A DNA stretch of 58,611 nt. Origin: an uncultured Nitrospirota bacterium (GTDB taxonomy: Bacteria; CG2-30-53-67). The stretch covers positions 1 through 58,611 of the forward strand of contig CALZGC010000003.1 in NCBI GenBank assembly GCA_945786985.1, read 5' to 3'. The translations under genes and the position numbers were made by a program. Below, one piece after another: positions 28,393-37,862 of this stretch; within the stretch, counting starts at the first letter, position 1, and the number at the start of each line of letters is the position of its first letter. The notes beneath the pieces were generated by a model, which saw only the letters and a program-made list of their open reading frames with translations, had not been told where the DNA came from and did not search any database.

Positions 28393-29847
28393 TTAGGCAG
28401 TATAGGAGCCGGAGGCCACATCACCGCCCCGGCCGGTCCAGTTCGTATGGAAGAACTCACCCCGGGGTCTGTCGACACGTTCATAGGTGTGGGCGCCGAA
28501 ATAGTCTCGTTGCGCCTGCAGGAGGTTGGCCGGCAGCCGCTCCCGGCGGTACCCGTCGTAGAAGGCCAGGGCGCTGGACATGGCCGCCAGGGGCACCCCC
28601 TGCCCGACGGCCCGGGCCACCACACGCCGCCAGGATCCCTGGGCGGCTTGGATTTGATCCCGGAAATAGGGGTCGAGAAGCAGGTTTGGCAAATCGGGGT
28701 TGCGCTCGAAGGCTGCCTGAATTTTGTCCAGAAAGGCCGCCCGGATGATGCACCCTTCCCGCCACATGAGGGCGATACCGCCGTAATTGAGATCCCATCC
28801 ATACGCCTCCGACGCGGCTCGGAACAGCATGTAGCCCTGCGCGTAAGAGATGATTTTCGAGGCGTACAGAGCTTCCCGGATGTCCGCGATCCAACCGGCG
28901 CGGTCACCGACGGACGCGGTCTCCGGTCCCGCCAGGATCCCGGCGGCGGCCACACGCTCGTCTTTCAGGGCGGAGAGGAATCTCGCAAAGACCGCCTCGG
29001 CAATCAGCGTCAAAGGAATACCCGATTCCAAGGCGGTAACGGCGGTCCATTTTCCGGTGCCCTTCTGTCCGGCCCGGTCGAGGATCTTGTCGACCATGGC
29101 TGCACCGTCGGTATCCCGGTAGGCCAGAATCTCTCCTGTGATTTCAATGAGAAAAGAATTGAGCTTGTCCCTGTTCCATTCCGAGAAAACGGTGCTGATC
29201 TCCTCGGGACGCATACCCAGGTCGGAACGCATCAGATCGTAGGCCTCGCAAATCAGCTGCATGTCGCCGTATTCGATCCCGTTGTGGACCATCTTGACGA
29301 AATGGCCGGCGCCGCTTTCGCCGACCCAGTCGCAGCAGGGGGTGCCGTCGTCCACTTTCGCGGCAATGTTCTGGAAGATCTCGCGCACATGCGGCCACGC
29401 GGCTTTCGAGCCCCCCGGCATCATGGACGGACCACGGCGCGCGCCCTCTTCCCCGCCGGAGACCCCGCAGCCGATGTAGAGCAGTCCCTTCGATTCGAGG
29501 TACGCGGCCACCCGCATGGAATCCTTGTAGTTGGCATTCCCGCCGTCGATCACAATATCCCCCGCGTGCAGGTGAGGCAGCAGCTCTTCCACCACCAGAT
29601 CGACGGGTTTGCCCGCCTTGATCATCAGCATCACCCGCCGCGGTGGTTTGAGCATCTCCGTGAGCTCAGCGATGCTGTATGCTCCCATGACGCGGGTTCC
29701 CGCGGCACTCCCCTGAAGAAACCCGCCCACCTTTGACGTGGTTCGGTTGTAAACGGCCACGGTGACCCCATGATCATTCATGTTGAGCACCAGGTTCCGG
29801 CCCATGACCCCCAATCCGATCAAACCGATATCCGCTTTTCCGCTCAT
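28393..29847 (-). CDS. gnd: 6-phosphogluconate dehydrogenase, decarboxylating
   Basis: The N-terminal Rossmann motif IGLIGLGVMGRNLVLN is present, and GHFVKMVHNGIEYGDMQLI is conserved. Length is 484 aa. Confidence 0.95.
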   Translation of the reverse strand: MSGKADIGLIGLGVMGRNLVLNMNDHGVTVAVYNRTTSKVGGFLQGSAAGTRVMGAYSIAELTEMLKPPRRVMLMIKAGKPVDLVVEELLPHLHAGDIVIDGGNANYKDSMRVAAYLESKGLLYIGCGVSGGEEGARRGPSMMPGGSKAAWPHVREIFQNIAAKVDDGTPCCDWVGESGAGHFVKMVHNGIEYGDMQLICEAYDLMRSDLGMRPEEISTVFSEWNRDKLNSFLIEITGEILAYRDTDGAAMVDKILDRAGQKGTGKWTAVTALESGIPLTLIAEAVFARFLSALKDERVAAAGILAGPETASVGDRAGWIADIREALYASKIISYAQGYMLFRAASEAYGWDLNYGGIALMWREGCIIRAAFLDKIQAAFERNPDLPNLLLDPYFRDQIQAAQGSWRRVVARAVGQGVPLAAMSSALAFYDGYRRERLPANLLQAQRDYFGAHTYERVDRPRGEFFHTNWTGRGGDVASGSYTA

Positions 29848-29907
29848 CTCGTCTTGCCCCTCCCCCGATGTGGTGGACCGGCTGCGGCACGTGGCCCGTT
29901 GAAAGGC

Positions 29908-30330
29908 TCACGTCCCCACAATGGTGGTCCGGATTTTGGTCTCACTCGTCAGCGTCCGATGCACCGGACACCGCTCTGCGATTTCGGTCAGCCGCTCAAT
30001 TTGTTCCTCGGTCAACTCTCCCTGGAATGCCATCTCACGCTCAATGATATCGACCCGAGATTCCGGTTTACTTTCGCAATCCCCGCAATCTCGCGCGTGA
30101 ATCTTGTGGGTGCTGAGCCGGACTTCCACGGCCCTGAGCGGCCACCCTTTGCGCTCGGCGTACATGCGCAATGTCATCACCGTGCAGGCTCCGAGGGCAC
30201 TCAGCAGCAGGTCGTAGGGATTGGGGCCCGTGTCCTCCCCCACTCCGAGCGGCTCGTCCGCCACGTATTGATGGGGACCGGCAAAGATTTCTACTTGAAC
30301 CCCCTTGGCACTGCGTGCAATCACACTCAT
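29908..30330 (-). CDS. OsmC/Ohr family peroxiredoxin-like protein
   Basis: 140 aa with [24 protein letters not shown] and a second conserved Cys context ([11 protein letters not shown]). GGGAGGGG lies upstream. Confidence 0.85.
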   Translation of the reverse strand: MSVIARSAKGVQVEIFAGPHQYVADEPLGVGEDTGPNPYDLLLSALGACTVMTLRMYAERKGWPLRAVEVRLSTHKIHARDCGDCESKPESRVDIIEREMAFQGELTEEQIERLTEIAERCPVHRTLTSETKIRTTIVGT

Positions 30331-30450
30331 GAATCCCCTCCCTTGTTTTTCACCGGCCCGGCAGGCCTCGCGTTGAAAGAAACCGTCGCCACAACACAGC
30401 GGACCGAATAGAGCCGCCCGCCCCGTGAGACCTTTGAACGCACATTCCCT

Positions 30451-31278
30451 TCAGCGCGCGCGGGACAACGCATTCAGCGACCAGTCATAGTCGAGGTAAT
30501 CAACCCGGTAGTTCCCGGAGACCAGGAAGTCCCGCGCGGCCCCCTCCAGAAGCGGGGCGATGAAAGGCACCGCATCCCGTGCACCGCCGGGAAAGCTCCT
30601 GTCGTCAAACTTGAATATCCGCGTAAAGAAGACCTGGCCCCCCTCCCGATCCAGCCGAAGACCTCTCTTCTGATTGCCCAGAAACCGACGGGCCTGCGCC
30701 CTGAGCTGCTCATGAACGGTCGCGCCCCGGTAGGCCCGGCGACTGAGGTCGGGACAGCTGAGAGAGGCGCAGACGATGCCGAAGTGAGTCATGGGCTCCT
30801 TGAACGCCCCCATCAGGATGTCGTGTTCAATCTCGCCAAGGCTGTAATCGCGGCCGTCGACGGTGATTATTTTCTTACCCCAGGGATTCCGAAGCCAGTG
30901 AATCTTGGTGCTGCGAATGCTGTCCACCGGGTAGTGGTCCACGATCATCTTGATCGCGCCCACGTTGTAGGCATTGATCCAGAAGGCGATCTTCTCGTCC
31001 CGCGAGCCCAAGGCCTCGGGTTTGACCGCCGCCAGCCGGGAAAGCACCCCTTGGTACAAAGAGCCGGGATCCGACCGGGAGGAAACGATGCCGTCATAGT
31101 CCACCACATTCAGCCTGTACGCACCGATCCGCCTGTCCGGCACAACATATTGATCGAGGAATTTCTGATAAAGGGAATTTTCTTCGGCACAGACCTTCGA
31201 AACATCCGGACCGAGGAACCAGCCAGCCAAACCGATCAGGAAAAGGATTGCCCGCGCGAGGTGATTCAATTGCATCAT
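30451..31278 (-). CDS. DUF547 domain-containing exported/membrane-anchored protein
   Basis: ORF trimmed to the ATG at 31278, with GGAGA upstream. An N-terminal hydrophobic segment is present. The core motif IAFWINAYNVGAIKMIVDHYP ... HFGIVCASLSCP is characteristic of DUF547. Confidence 0.8.
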   Translation of the reverse strand: MMQLNHLARAILFLIGLAGWFLGPDVSKVCAEENSLYQKFLDQYVVPDRRIGAYRLNVVDYDGIVSSRSDPGSLYQGVLSRLAAVKPEALGSRDEKIAFWINAYNVGAIKMIVDHYPVDSIRSTKIHWLRNPWGKKIITVDGRDYSLGEIEHDILMGAFKEPMTHFGIVCASLSCPDLSRRAYRGATVHEQLRAQARRFLGNQKRGLRLDREGGQVFFTRIFKFDDRSFPGGARDAVPFIAPLLEGAARDFLVSGNYRVDYLDYDWSLNALSRAR

Positions 31279-31330
31279 GGGTCTCCAGGGGTCGCGATCC
31301 GCCCGTCGGGGTGTGCGTACCCGGAAATCA

Positions 31331-32035
31331 TTACATCTCAACCGCGTTCCGGTAGCGCGCCCGGAAGAGCGACATCAGCTTCCTGGCCGCAATCGGGAAC
31401 AGCCCGAGCACGATGAACGAAAGAATCAGGGTGGGCGACAGAATGCCCGACAAGGAGTCGATCTTCCCCAGTTCCTTGCCGGCATTCACATAGACGATCG
31501 TTCCGGCCAGCATGCCCACCTGCGAGACCCAGAAAAACGTTCGCAGCGGCATCCGGGTAAGTCCCATGACCAGGTTGATGACGAAAAACGGGATGGCCGG
31601 TATCAAGCGCATGGTGAACAGATAGAAAGCTCCTTCCTTACGGACCCCCTCATTAACCGCGACGAGCTTGTCTCCGAATTTGCCCTGCACCCAATCCCGC
31701 AGAAGAAACCGCGCCACGACACAGGCCAGCGTGGCCCCGATGGTGCTGGCAAAGGAGACGACCACCGTCCCTGCCAACAGACCAAAGAGGGCGCCGCCTG
31801 CCAGGGTGAGGACGGCTGCACCCGGCAGCGAGAGGGCCGTCACTGAAATGTAAAGAAGCATGTAGCCCGAAATCACCGGAACAGGATGCTGTCCATAGAG
31901 GGACTGAAATCGGGCCTGGGACTCCTTGAGGTAGGAGAGTGAGAGATACTGACCGAGATCGAAGATAAAGAACCCTGCGATCACAGCACCGATCCCCGTT
32001 ACTATCATCACTCTTTTTTCAATCTTGCCGTTCAT
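31331..32035 (-). CDS. TVP38/TMEM64 (DedA-related) family membrane protein
   Basis: ORF trimmed to the ATG at 32035 (MNGKIEKRVMIVTG...). Motifs LPGAAVLTLAGGALFG and RLIPAIPFFVINLVMGLT are typical of this family. Confidence 0.8.
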   Translation of the reverse strand: MNGKIEKRVMIVTGIGAVIAGFFIFDLGQYLSLSYLKESQARFQSLYGQHPVPVISGYMLLYISVTALSLPGAAVLTLAGGALFGLLAGTVVVSFASTIGATLACVVARFLLRDWVQGKFGDKLVAVNEGVRKEGAFYLFTMRLIPAIPFFVINLVMGLTRMPLRTFFWVSQVGMLAGTIVYVNAGKELGKIDSLSGILSPTLILSFIVLGLFPIAARKLMSLFRARYRNAVEM

Positions 32036-32324
32036 GCGGCGTCGCTTCCCCGTCACCCGGATATAGCGTCTGGCGGGCATAACGCCGTGAGACACCGGCA
32101 TCTGTCCTAATTGTCTGGCCCCCGGGCGCCCTATCCAGCCGGCATGGCGGCGCCCCAAATCTTGAGGCACCCTGCACAGACTATACATGGCAGACAGGAG
32201 CTTCGCAACTTCGGGCCCGCCTCTTGCACGGTGCCCAATCTCGAGGGACCGAGCGAGCCAGACGCAGCAGACACGGATGTCCGCCTCGTTCCACGACGTT
32301 ACCTCGCCCCGTCTCCAGGAAACT

Positions 32325-32450
32325 ACTCAGCACAAAATATGCTTCGGCGGAAAACATATTGAGATATTCGGATGTGGCGAATGCTTCTGTAACCCAGCGT
32401 CCGGCAGGTGATCAGACTCCGGAATAGATTCCCGCCTCCCATGGCCGGAC
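32325..32450 (-). repeat. Degenerate internal fragment (copy E) of the palindromic element family
   Basis: GCACAAAATATGCTTCGGCGGAAAACATATTGA...CGGATGTGGC...GAATGCTT...GTCCGGC...AATAGATT is collinear with copy A segments GCAGAAAATTTACCGGCTGAAGACATATTGA...CGAATGTGGC...GAATGCTA...GTCCGGC...AATAGATT. The termini are not recognisable. Confidence 0.35.
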
Positions 32451-32601
32451 GCGGGTGCTGTAACATGCCGCAGTGCGGTCTCTTTCATGGAAAATTTGAA
32501 CAGAAGAAAATGTATTGTGGGGATAAGAAGGGAGAATGGCAGCTTCGGGGGATGCGGGCCGGCCAACCAGGCGATCCGGCGGGCCGTGTTGTGCACGGTG
32601 T

Positions 32602-34026
32602 CTAAACCTGGGAACCGGTGGGACGGCGCTTCTTGGATGCCTTGGACTCGTAGAGACGGCGGTCGGCGATCTGGACCATGTCGTCCATGGTGACAATCCC
32701 GTTCATGGGGTAGGTGGCGATGCCACAGGTGGCAAACACACGGGTTCCCTTCAGAAACTCGAAGGCATGACTCTGAATGGCTTCGCAGACACGGGCAACT
32801 TCCGCCTGGGCACCCGGATACCTCGTCTGCGGGAGCAGCAAAGCAAATTCATCACCGCCGTATCGGGCAACGAAGTCGCTCTTGCGAGTGCTCTTTCTGA
32901 GCAGGAGCGCCAATTCCCGGAGGACGCGGTCCCCCACTTGATGTCCGAAGGCGTCGTTGATCGCCTTGAAGTTGTCCACATCGATCATGATGAGCGACAA
33001 AGGCTCCTCGTAGCGTTCCGAACGATTGAATTCCTGTTCCAGGCGCCGGTAAAAATGGCGATGGTTGTAAACACCGGTGAGGCCATCGGTCGTGGCGAGG
33101 CGTTCCAGATCGAGGTTGGCCATCTCCATGTTTTCAAAAAGAGCTGCATTCAACAGCGCGTTGGCTGCTGCGTTGGTGACAATCTGGCAGAAATGGATTT
33201 CCCGCTTCTCAAAGGGGCGTCCCCGGCGGGCGGTACGCAGTATAATCGTTCCTATCACGTTCTGCTTCATCACCAGCGGCAGCACGAGAAGCGCCTGAAC
33301 GCCGACCTCCTTGAGGATCTCCCGGACCGGTGCCACCACATCGTCCGACTGTGTATCATTGATGGCGACCACCTCGCGCGTATTGAGAACTTTTCGGATC
33401 TCCGGGTATTTCTGTAGATCGATGGCGAGGTCGGTCACCCCGGCGTCTTCGCTCGAAGCGACGACAACCCCCCGGTTGCCTGCCGGATCGACCCGCACGA
33501 TGGAGCAGCGCGTCACCTCGATCATTTCCGAGATTTTCTTGACGATCGTGAAGAGAACCTTCTTCGAGTCGAGGGTAGAGGTAATGGCGTTGGTGATGTC
33601 CAGAATGGCAAGCAAATCGCTCTTTTCCTGCTCCTGATCCTCGAGCAGTCGCCGCAGTCGGAGTAGCGATCGCACTTTGACAAGGAGCTCTTCCGCATCG
33701 AAGGGATGCATCAGATAATCGTCGGCGCCAATCTCGAGGCACCGGTAAACAGTTTCTTTTCCGCCTTCACGGGACACAAGGAGCACGGGAAGCTTTGCCA
33801 GTCGGCTATCCCCTTTCACCTCGCTGCAGATTCGGACCCCGTCGGCACGGTGGGCGTCCAGATCCAGGAGCAAAAGATCCGGTGCCAGGCGGTGAATCTC
33901 CTCTGAAGTCGGCATCGCCCCCTCCAAACCGCATATCGAGTAGCCATTGCCCTGGAGCGTGGGCCGGAGCATCTCGTCCGCACCGTCGCGGTGATTCAGA
34001 ACGAGGATTCTGCCCTTGTCTGTCAT
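32602..34026 (-). CDS. Diguanylate cyclase with a degenerate receiver domain and a GAF domain (REC-GAF-GGDEF)
   Basis: The C-terminal GGDEF domain has an intact active site RYGGDEFALLL and I-site RKSD five residues upstream. A central GAF-like region is present. The N-terminal REC-like domain retains the phospho-acceptor context (LLLLDLD). Confidence 0.9.
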   Translation of the reverse strand: MTDKGRILVLNHRDGADEMLRPTLQGNGYSICGLEGAMPTSEEIHRLAPDLLLLDLDAHRADGVRICSEVKGDSRLAKLPVLLVSREGGKETVYRCLEIGADDYLMHPFDAEELLVKVRSLLRLRRLLEDQEQEKSDLLAILDITNAITSTLDSKKVLFTIVKKISEMIEVTRCSIVRVDPAGNRGVVVASSEDAGVTDLAIDLQKYPEIRKVLNTREVVAINDTQSDDVVAPVREILKEVGVQALLVLPLVMKQNVIGTIILRTARRGRPFEKREIHFCQIVTNAAANALLNAALFENMEMANLDLERLATTDGLTGVYNHRHFYRRLEQEFNRSERYEEPLSLIMIDVDNFKAINDAFGHQVGDRVLRELALLLRKSTRKSDFVARYGGDEFALLLPQTRYPGAQAEVARVCEAIQSHAFEFLKGTRVFATCGIATYPMNGIVTMDDMVQIADRRLYESKASKKRRPTGSQV

Positions 34027-34283
34027 GGAGCTTCTCGCTATAGTGGAAGGTTATGGGCTTTTATTAATATATCAAACATACGGCGGACTTTAAACAGAAA
34101 AACTCGTTTACACCGCTTTGAAAGGCGGCTGTTACAAATAAATAGCCGAAAAGTTCTGAAAAATCCGATATTCGCTCGTCCAATGGCCCGGTCCCCACTA
34201 CCAATGCTTCGGATTGTCGGCTTTCCCGCTTTCTAATAGCGTCCACCATCGGGCTTCTAGTCGTGCGGGCCCGGGCGAAGCCA

Positions 34284-35084
34284 CTAGTCCTGCGCCACCG
34301 GTTCCGGTGCGGGTGTGCGCTGCTCATCGGTTTGTTGCGCCCGTTGCCCTTCGTCCTCAAATGCGATGAGATCGCCGGCCAGCAGCTTCTCAATGAATGC
34401 TTTCAGGAGTGGCGCTGCGTAGGCCGGCATCTCGTCAAACTCAATGGCCATCCCCGGCGGCTTCGTCGACAGACCCTCCTGAGAGGTTTTCTGGTAGATG
34501 ACCCTGCCGGCCAGCGCGAGCAGGCCCTCCTTGCCCAGGGCAAAGGTGACCTTCACCGGGGTGCCGGTCTCGAGGGGGTCTTCCGTGCGGACGAAAATGC
34601 CGCGCTGAGAGAGACTTTCTGCCTTCAGCTGCCGCGAAACCCCGCCGCTGCGAAGCACGACCTGCTCGGGATAAGGACTCCGCAGACACCCTCTCCCTGT
34701 GCCGACCGGCGAGAAGATCGCCTCCTCGATCACCGCATGGAGATTGTCCAACTCGATCGGTTTCTTGATATGGGCCGAGATTCCCAGTTGAGCTATCTCG
34801 GTGAGCGTCTCCTCGCTCTCTTCGGCGGATGCAATCAGCACCGGAAGATCGGCAGACCCGTTGTTCTCTCTCAGTTTTTTGAGCATCGTCCGCCCGTCCA
34901 TCACGGGCATGGAAAGATCGAGGATCACCAAGTCCGGCGAATCCTGCTGCGCCCGCCTGAGCCCCTCCAGCCCGTTCGGAGCCGAGCACACATCAAAGCC
35001 CATTCTTTTCAGGACGATCTTCATGAACATGACGGTGGACGTACTGTCGTCCACGATCAGAATTTTCTTTCTGGCAAAGGACAT
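34284..35084 (-). CDS. Response regulator with a canonical receiver domain and a C-terminal PilZ-like domain
   Basis: ORF trimmed to the ATG at 35084, with GGAGG upstream. The REC domain reads KKILIVDDSTS ... DLVILDLSMPVMDG ... HIKKP. The C-terminal beta-barrel segment (AESLSQRGIFVRT ... VKVTFAL ... GRVIYQ ... PPGMAIEFDEM) resembles PilZ. Confidence 0.8.
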   Translation of the reverse strand: MSFARKKILIVDDSTSTVMFMKIVLKRMGFDVCSAPNGLEGLRRAQQDSPDLVILDLSMPVMDGRTMLKKLRENNGSADLPVLIASAEESEETLTEIAQLGISAHIKKPIELDNLHAVIEEAIFSPVGTGRGCLRSPYPEQVVLRSGGVSRQLKAESLSQRGIFVRTEDPLETGTPVKVTFALGKEGLLALAGRVIYQKTSQEGLSTKPPGMAIEFDEMPAYAAPLLKAFIEKLLAGDLIAFEDEGQRAQQTDEQRTPAPEPVAQD

Positions 35085-35357
35085 GAGCTTCCTCCATAGG
35101 TCCGAATTCTCAAGCTGAATAGAGAATGTTTCGGGCGTTCCGCCCCCGGCGAAAGGTAGTACCAAACCAAGTTTTTCCTTCCTTTCAATTATACCGCCGC
35201 CCCCGTTCCCGGACAACATAAAATGCCACCGGTGTCAGTCTTTTGGGCTCCCACGGCGGGAGGACCTGCCGATATCCATTTGCCCTCGTTCTTCCCGAAA
35301 GTTATACTGCGGGAAACAGAAGAAAGGCCGGGGCAAATCCCTCTTTCTTGTCTGGAA

Positions 35358-36143
35358 ATGATGAACGGATACAAGAAACGACTTACCAGGAGTGTCTCCC
35401 TCCTCCAGGCGGCGACGGCGGTTACGGTCTTTTCCGGGGCGGGTATTTCGACCGAATCCGGCTTGTCCGATTTCCGGAGTCCCGGCGGCGTCTGGGATCG
35501 CTACCGGATTGTAACGTACCAGGAATTCCTTGCGAGCGCAGAGGCCCGGAAGGAATACTGGCGCATGAAGCATGCCCTGTTTGGCGAGTTGAGAGAGGCA
35601 AAACCGAACCGGGCTCATCGGGCCCTGGCCGCACTCGAACGCTCCGGAAGACTGCAGCACCTCATCACCCAGAACATCGATGGCCTTCATCAGGAGGCCG
35701 GAAACTCCCCGGAGCGTATCGTGGAACTGCACGGTACCAACCGGAAGGCGCTCTGTCTGGACTGCGGTAAAGGGTGGCCCATCGAGCAGATCGACGCAAT
35801 ACTGGAGACCGTCGAATTCGACCCGCGATGCGATGCCTGCGAGGGCCCTGTCAAACCGGCCACCGTCTCCTTCGGTCAGGCCATGCCAGAAACCGAGATG
35901 CTCCGGGCCTACGCGCAGGCCGCCGGGTGTGACCTGCTGCTAATGCTGGGGTCTTCGCTCCAGGTGGAGCCGGCCGCCTCCATCCCCCGTTTGGCCCATC
36001 AGGAGGGGGCCAACCTCATCTTCGTGAACCGGACAGAGACCCCCCAGGATCATCTGGCGACCGTCCTTTTCCGGGAAGATATCGGGCAGGTCCTCCAGGA
36101 TCTGGTAGTGCGGCTCTCGAGCGGGCACCCAGGACGATCCTGA
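35358..36143 (+). CDS. cobB: NAD-dependent protein deacylase (Sir2 family)
   Basis: ORF trimmed to ATG 35358. The NAD-binding motif VFSGAGISTESGLSDFRSPGGVWDRY is present, along with catalytic ITQNIDGLH and Zn ribbon C-x2-C ... C-x2-C (CLDCGKGW ... CDACEG). Confidence 0.9.
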   Translation: MMNGYKKRLTRSVSLLQAATAVTVFSGAGISTESGLSDFRSPGGVWDRYRIVTYQEFLASAEARKEYWRMKHALFGELREAKPNRAHRALAALERSGRLQHLITQNIDGLHQEAGNSPERIVELHGTNRKALCLDCGKGWPIEQIDAILETVEFDPRCDACEGPVKPATVSFGQAMPETEMLRAYAQAAGCDLLLMLGSSLQVEPAASIPRLAHQEGANLIFVNRTETPQDHLATVLFREDIGQVLQDLVVRLSSGHPGRS

Positions 36144-36322
36144 GATCTCCGAGCTGCCTTCGGGCGCAACTCCTGCCGGCCCGGCCGGACGCCAGGCTCC
36201 CCGCTTGGGACAACGGGGGCGTCCCCACTGTCCCGCCGACCGCCGCACAGCGTGTCTCTATCTGAATGAAAAAACACGTGATTTCCGGCGGGCGGGCCGT
36301 ACGCTCGCCAACGGATCGCCTA

Positions 36323-37312
36323 TTATCTCGCGTGCAGCTCAACGACATCTCCATCGTGAAGGGCGTAGGTCCGCTGCACCCGCTGCCCGTCGAACTTGCC
36401 GGAGCCCCAGATGCAGGCATACTGTAGATGGCTGACGAAATCCTTGTGAACCATGGCGGCAAAGTCCAGAACGGTCGAGCCCGCACCCAGCGTGAAGGGC
36501 TTATCCATCTCGGCTTCCTTGCCAGGCTCCTTGGCATAGACCCGGAGGATCCGGGAGTTCTCAAAGACGAACCGGCGCATCTCCTGCAGGCCTTCCCCGG
36601 TGCTGCAGGAGACGGCAGCCAGGGGAAACCGGTCGGCCCATTGTCGGCCCAACAGGTCCAAGGCTACCCCGGCACCGGAAAGATCCCGCTTGTTGGCAAC
36701 AAAGATCAGCGGTTTTCGGGGTTTTCCCGTGGGGCGTCCCCCCTGTCCCACTTCGCAACCGCCGGCGGGTATCTTCCATTCCATGAGCTGATCGATCAGT
36801 AGCTCAGCCTGCGCGGCCGGATCGTCAACCAGGTCGACAACCAGCAGGAGAATATCGGTAATCCTCAGAATCCCTGAGACAGGACCGTCTGTCGATTCGT
36901 TGCCGATGGGCGGAAGATCCACCAACTGGAATTGAATGTCCTCAAAGGGCATCATCCCGCAGAGGGGCAGGACGGTCGAAATGGGATACGCTGCGATCAC
37001 CGGACGGGCATTGGTCACAGAGGCCAGCAGGGAGGATTTCCCCGAGTTGGGCAGGCCGACCAGGGAGACCTGGGCTGCGCCCTGTCGCTCCACGGTAAAG
37101 AGATCTCGACCGCCCGTCTTCTTCTTCCGGGCCCCCTCCTCCCGCAGTTTGGAGAGCCGTTTTCGCAGACCGGCACGAAGCTTGTCCGTCCCCTTGTGTT
37201 TGGGTACAGTGGAGATCAGCGCCTCCAGAGCCTCGATCTTTTCGTGCGTCCCCGAGGCCTGCCGGTACCGCTTGTCGGCTTCGAAATACTCCGGGGGGAG
37301 ATTGGTCGGCAT
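36323..37312 (-). CDS. DRG/Obg-like GTPase with a C-terminal TGS domain
   Basis: ORF trimmed to the ATG at 37312. Motifs are G1 GLPNSGKSSLL and G4 VANKRD. The TGS-like tail reads LRVYAKEPGK...GSTVLDFAAMVHKDFVSHLQYACIWG...DGDVVELH. Confidence 0.85.
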   Translation of the reverse strand: MPTNLPPEYFEADKRYRQASGTHEKIEALEALISTVPKHKGTDKLRAGLRKRLSKLREEGARKKKTGGRDLFTVERQGAAQVSLVGLPNSGKSSLLASVTNARPVIAAYPISTVLPLCGMMPFEDIQFQLVDLPPIGNESTDGPVSGILRITDILLLVVDLVDDPAAQAELLIDQLMEWKIPAGGCEVGQGGRPTGKPRKPLIFVANKRDLSGAGVALDLLGRQWADRFPLAAVSCSTGEGLQEMRRFVFENSRILRVYAKEPGKEAEMDKPFTLGAGSTVLDFAAMVHKDFVSHLQYACIWGSGKFDGQRVQRTYALHDGDVVELHAR

Positions 37313-37406
37313 GTGAGAGACTATACCACAGGGGCGGCTCCTGGCGCGAGCAGCGACGGGACATGCGAGAAGACAATCCAAACCGAAGGGCGTGCCCCAC
37401 GGACGC

Positions 37407-37441
37407 AAAAAAAATCCGGAGCCTGACCATCCGGCTCCGGA
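37407..37441 (-). terminator. Rho-independent terminator downstream of the cytochrome c3 gene
   Basis: The minus-strand RNA is UCCGGAGCC-GGAUGGUCA-GGCUCCGGA followed by eight U: a 9-bp perfect stem, a 9-nt loop and a U8 tract, beginning about 70 nt after the c3 stop codon. Confidence 0.75.
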
Positions 37442-37508
37442 TCGACGTTCGAAGGCACCGCCTCCGATGACTTAGAGCGGCAGGGCGGTTCGAAATAAAA
37501 AAGTTCCG

Positions 37509-37862
37509 TTACTTCTTGTGGCACTCATTGCACTTGACGGGTGCACTCTTCCCGGCAGCCTTCTGCTCCTTGTGGCAACCCTGGCACCCCTTGTGCAAGG
37601 CATCTTTGAAGCCGGGCGCCTCGGCAGCGGCGGCAGCGTGACATTCGGAGCAGGCTTTCAGGGCCGTTTCCCCTTCCTTCTCCTTGTGATGGCAGGTGGT
37701 GCATTTGCCGTCTACGCTCTCCTGGTGTTTGTGATGCTGGAACTCAACGGGAGCCATGGCTTTCTTGACCTTGTTGATGTTGATGACGTCCGGTCCCTGA
37801 CCCGCGATGGCCACGGCAACGGATCCAAAAATTGCGACCAGCGCAACTGCGACTTTCTTCAT
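37509..37862 (-). CDS. Tetraheme cytochrome c3 (class III), periplasmic
   Basis: ORF trimmed to the ATG at 37862, with GGGAGG upstream. A signal peptide is present, with four CxxCH heme sites (CTTCH, CSECH, CQGCH, CNECH) and extra His ligands (FQHHKH). Confidence 0.88.
   Translation of the reverse strand: MKKVAVALVAIFGSVAVAIAGQGPDVININKVKKAMAPVEFQHHKHQESVDGKCTTCHHKEKEGETALKACSECHAAAAAEAPGFKDALHKGCQGCHKEQKAAGKSAPVKCNECHKK

Noticed and set aside
28077-28955. 292-aa minus-strand ORF spanning the mlaE start, the intergenic region and the gnd 3' end
   Set aside because: It overlaps two well-supported genes in other frames and crosses a promoter region. The product is Pro/Arg/Ser/Gly-rich with no motifs.
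29768-29785. 11-nt match (GATCATTCATG) to the repeat arm inside the gnd coding region
   Set aside because: It lies within a conserved coding segment (the N-terminal Rossmann region of Gnd). No flanking similarity to the element is present.
35358-36143. Sir2-domain protein as a possible anti-phage (Sir2-type) defence gene
   Set aside because: It has the canonical sirtuin NAD pocket, the catalytic His context and a Zn ribbon, and its size is typical of CobB-like deacylases. It has no partner gene (no HerA, pAgo, TIR, helicase or similar) and no island context.
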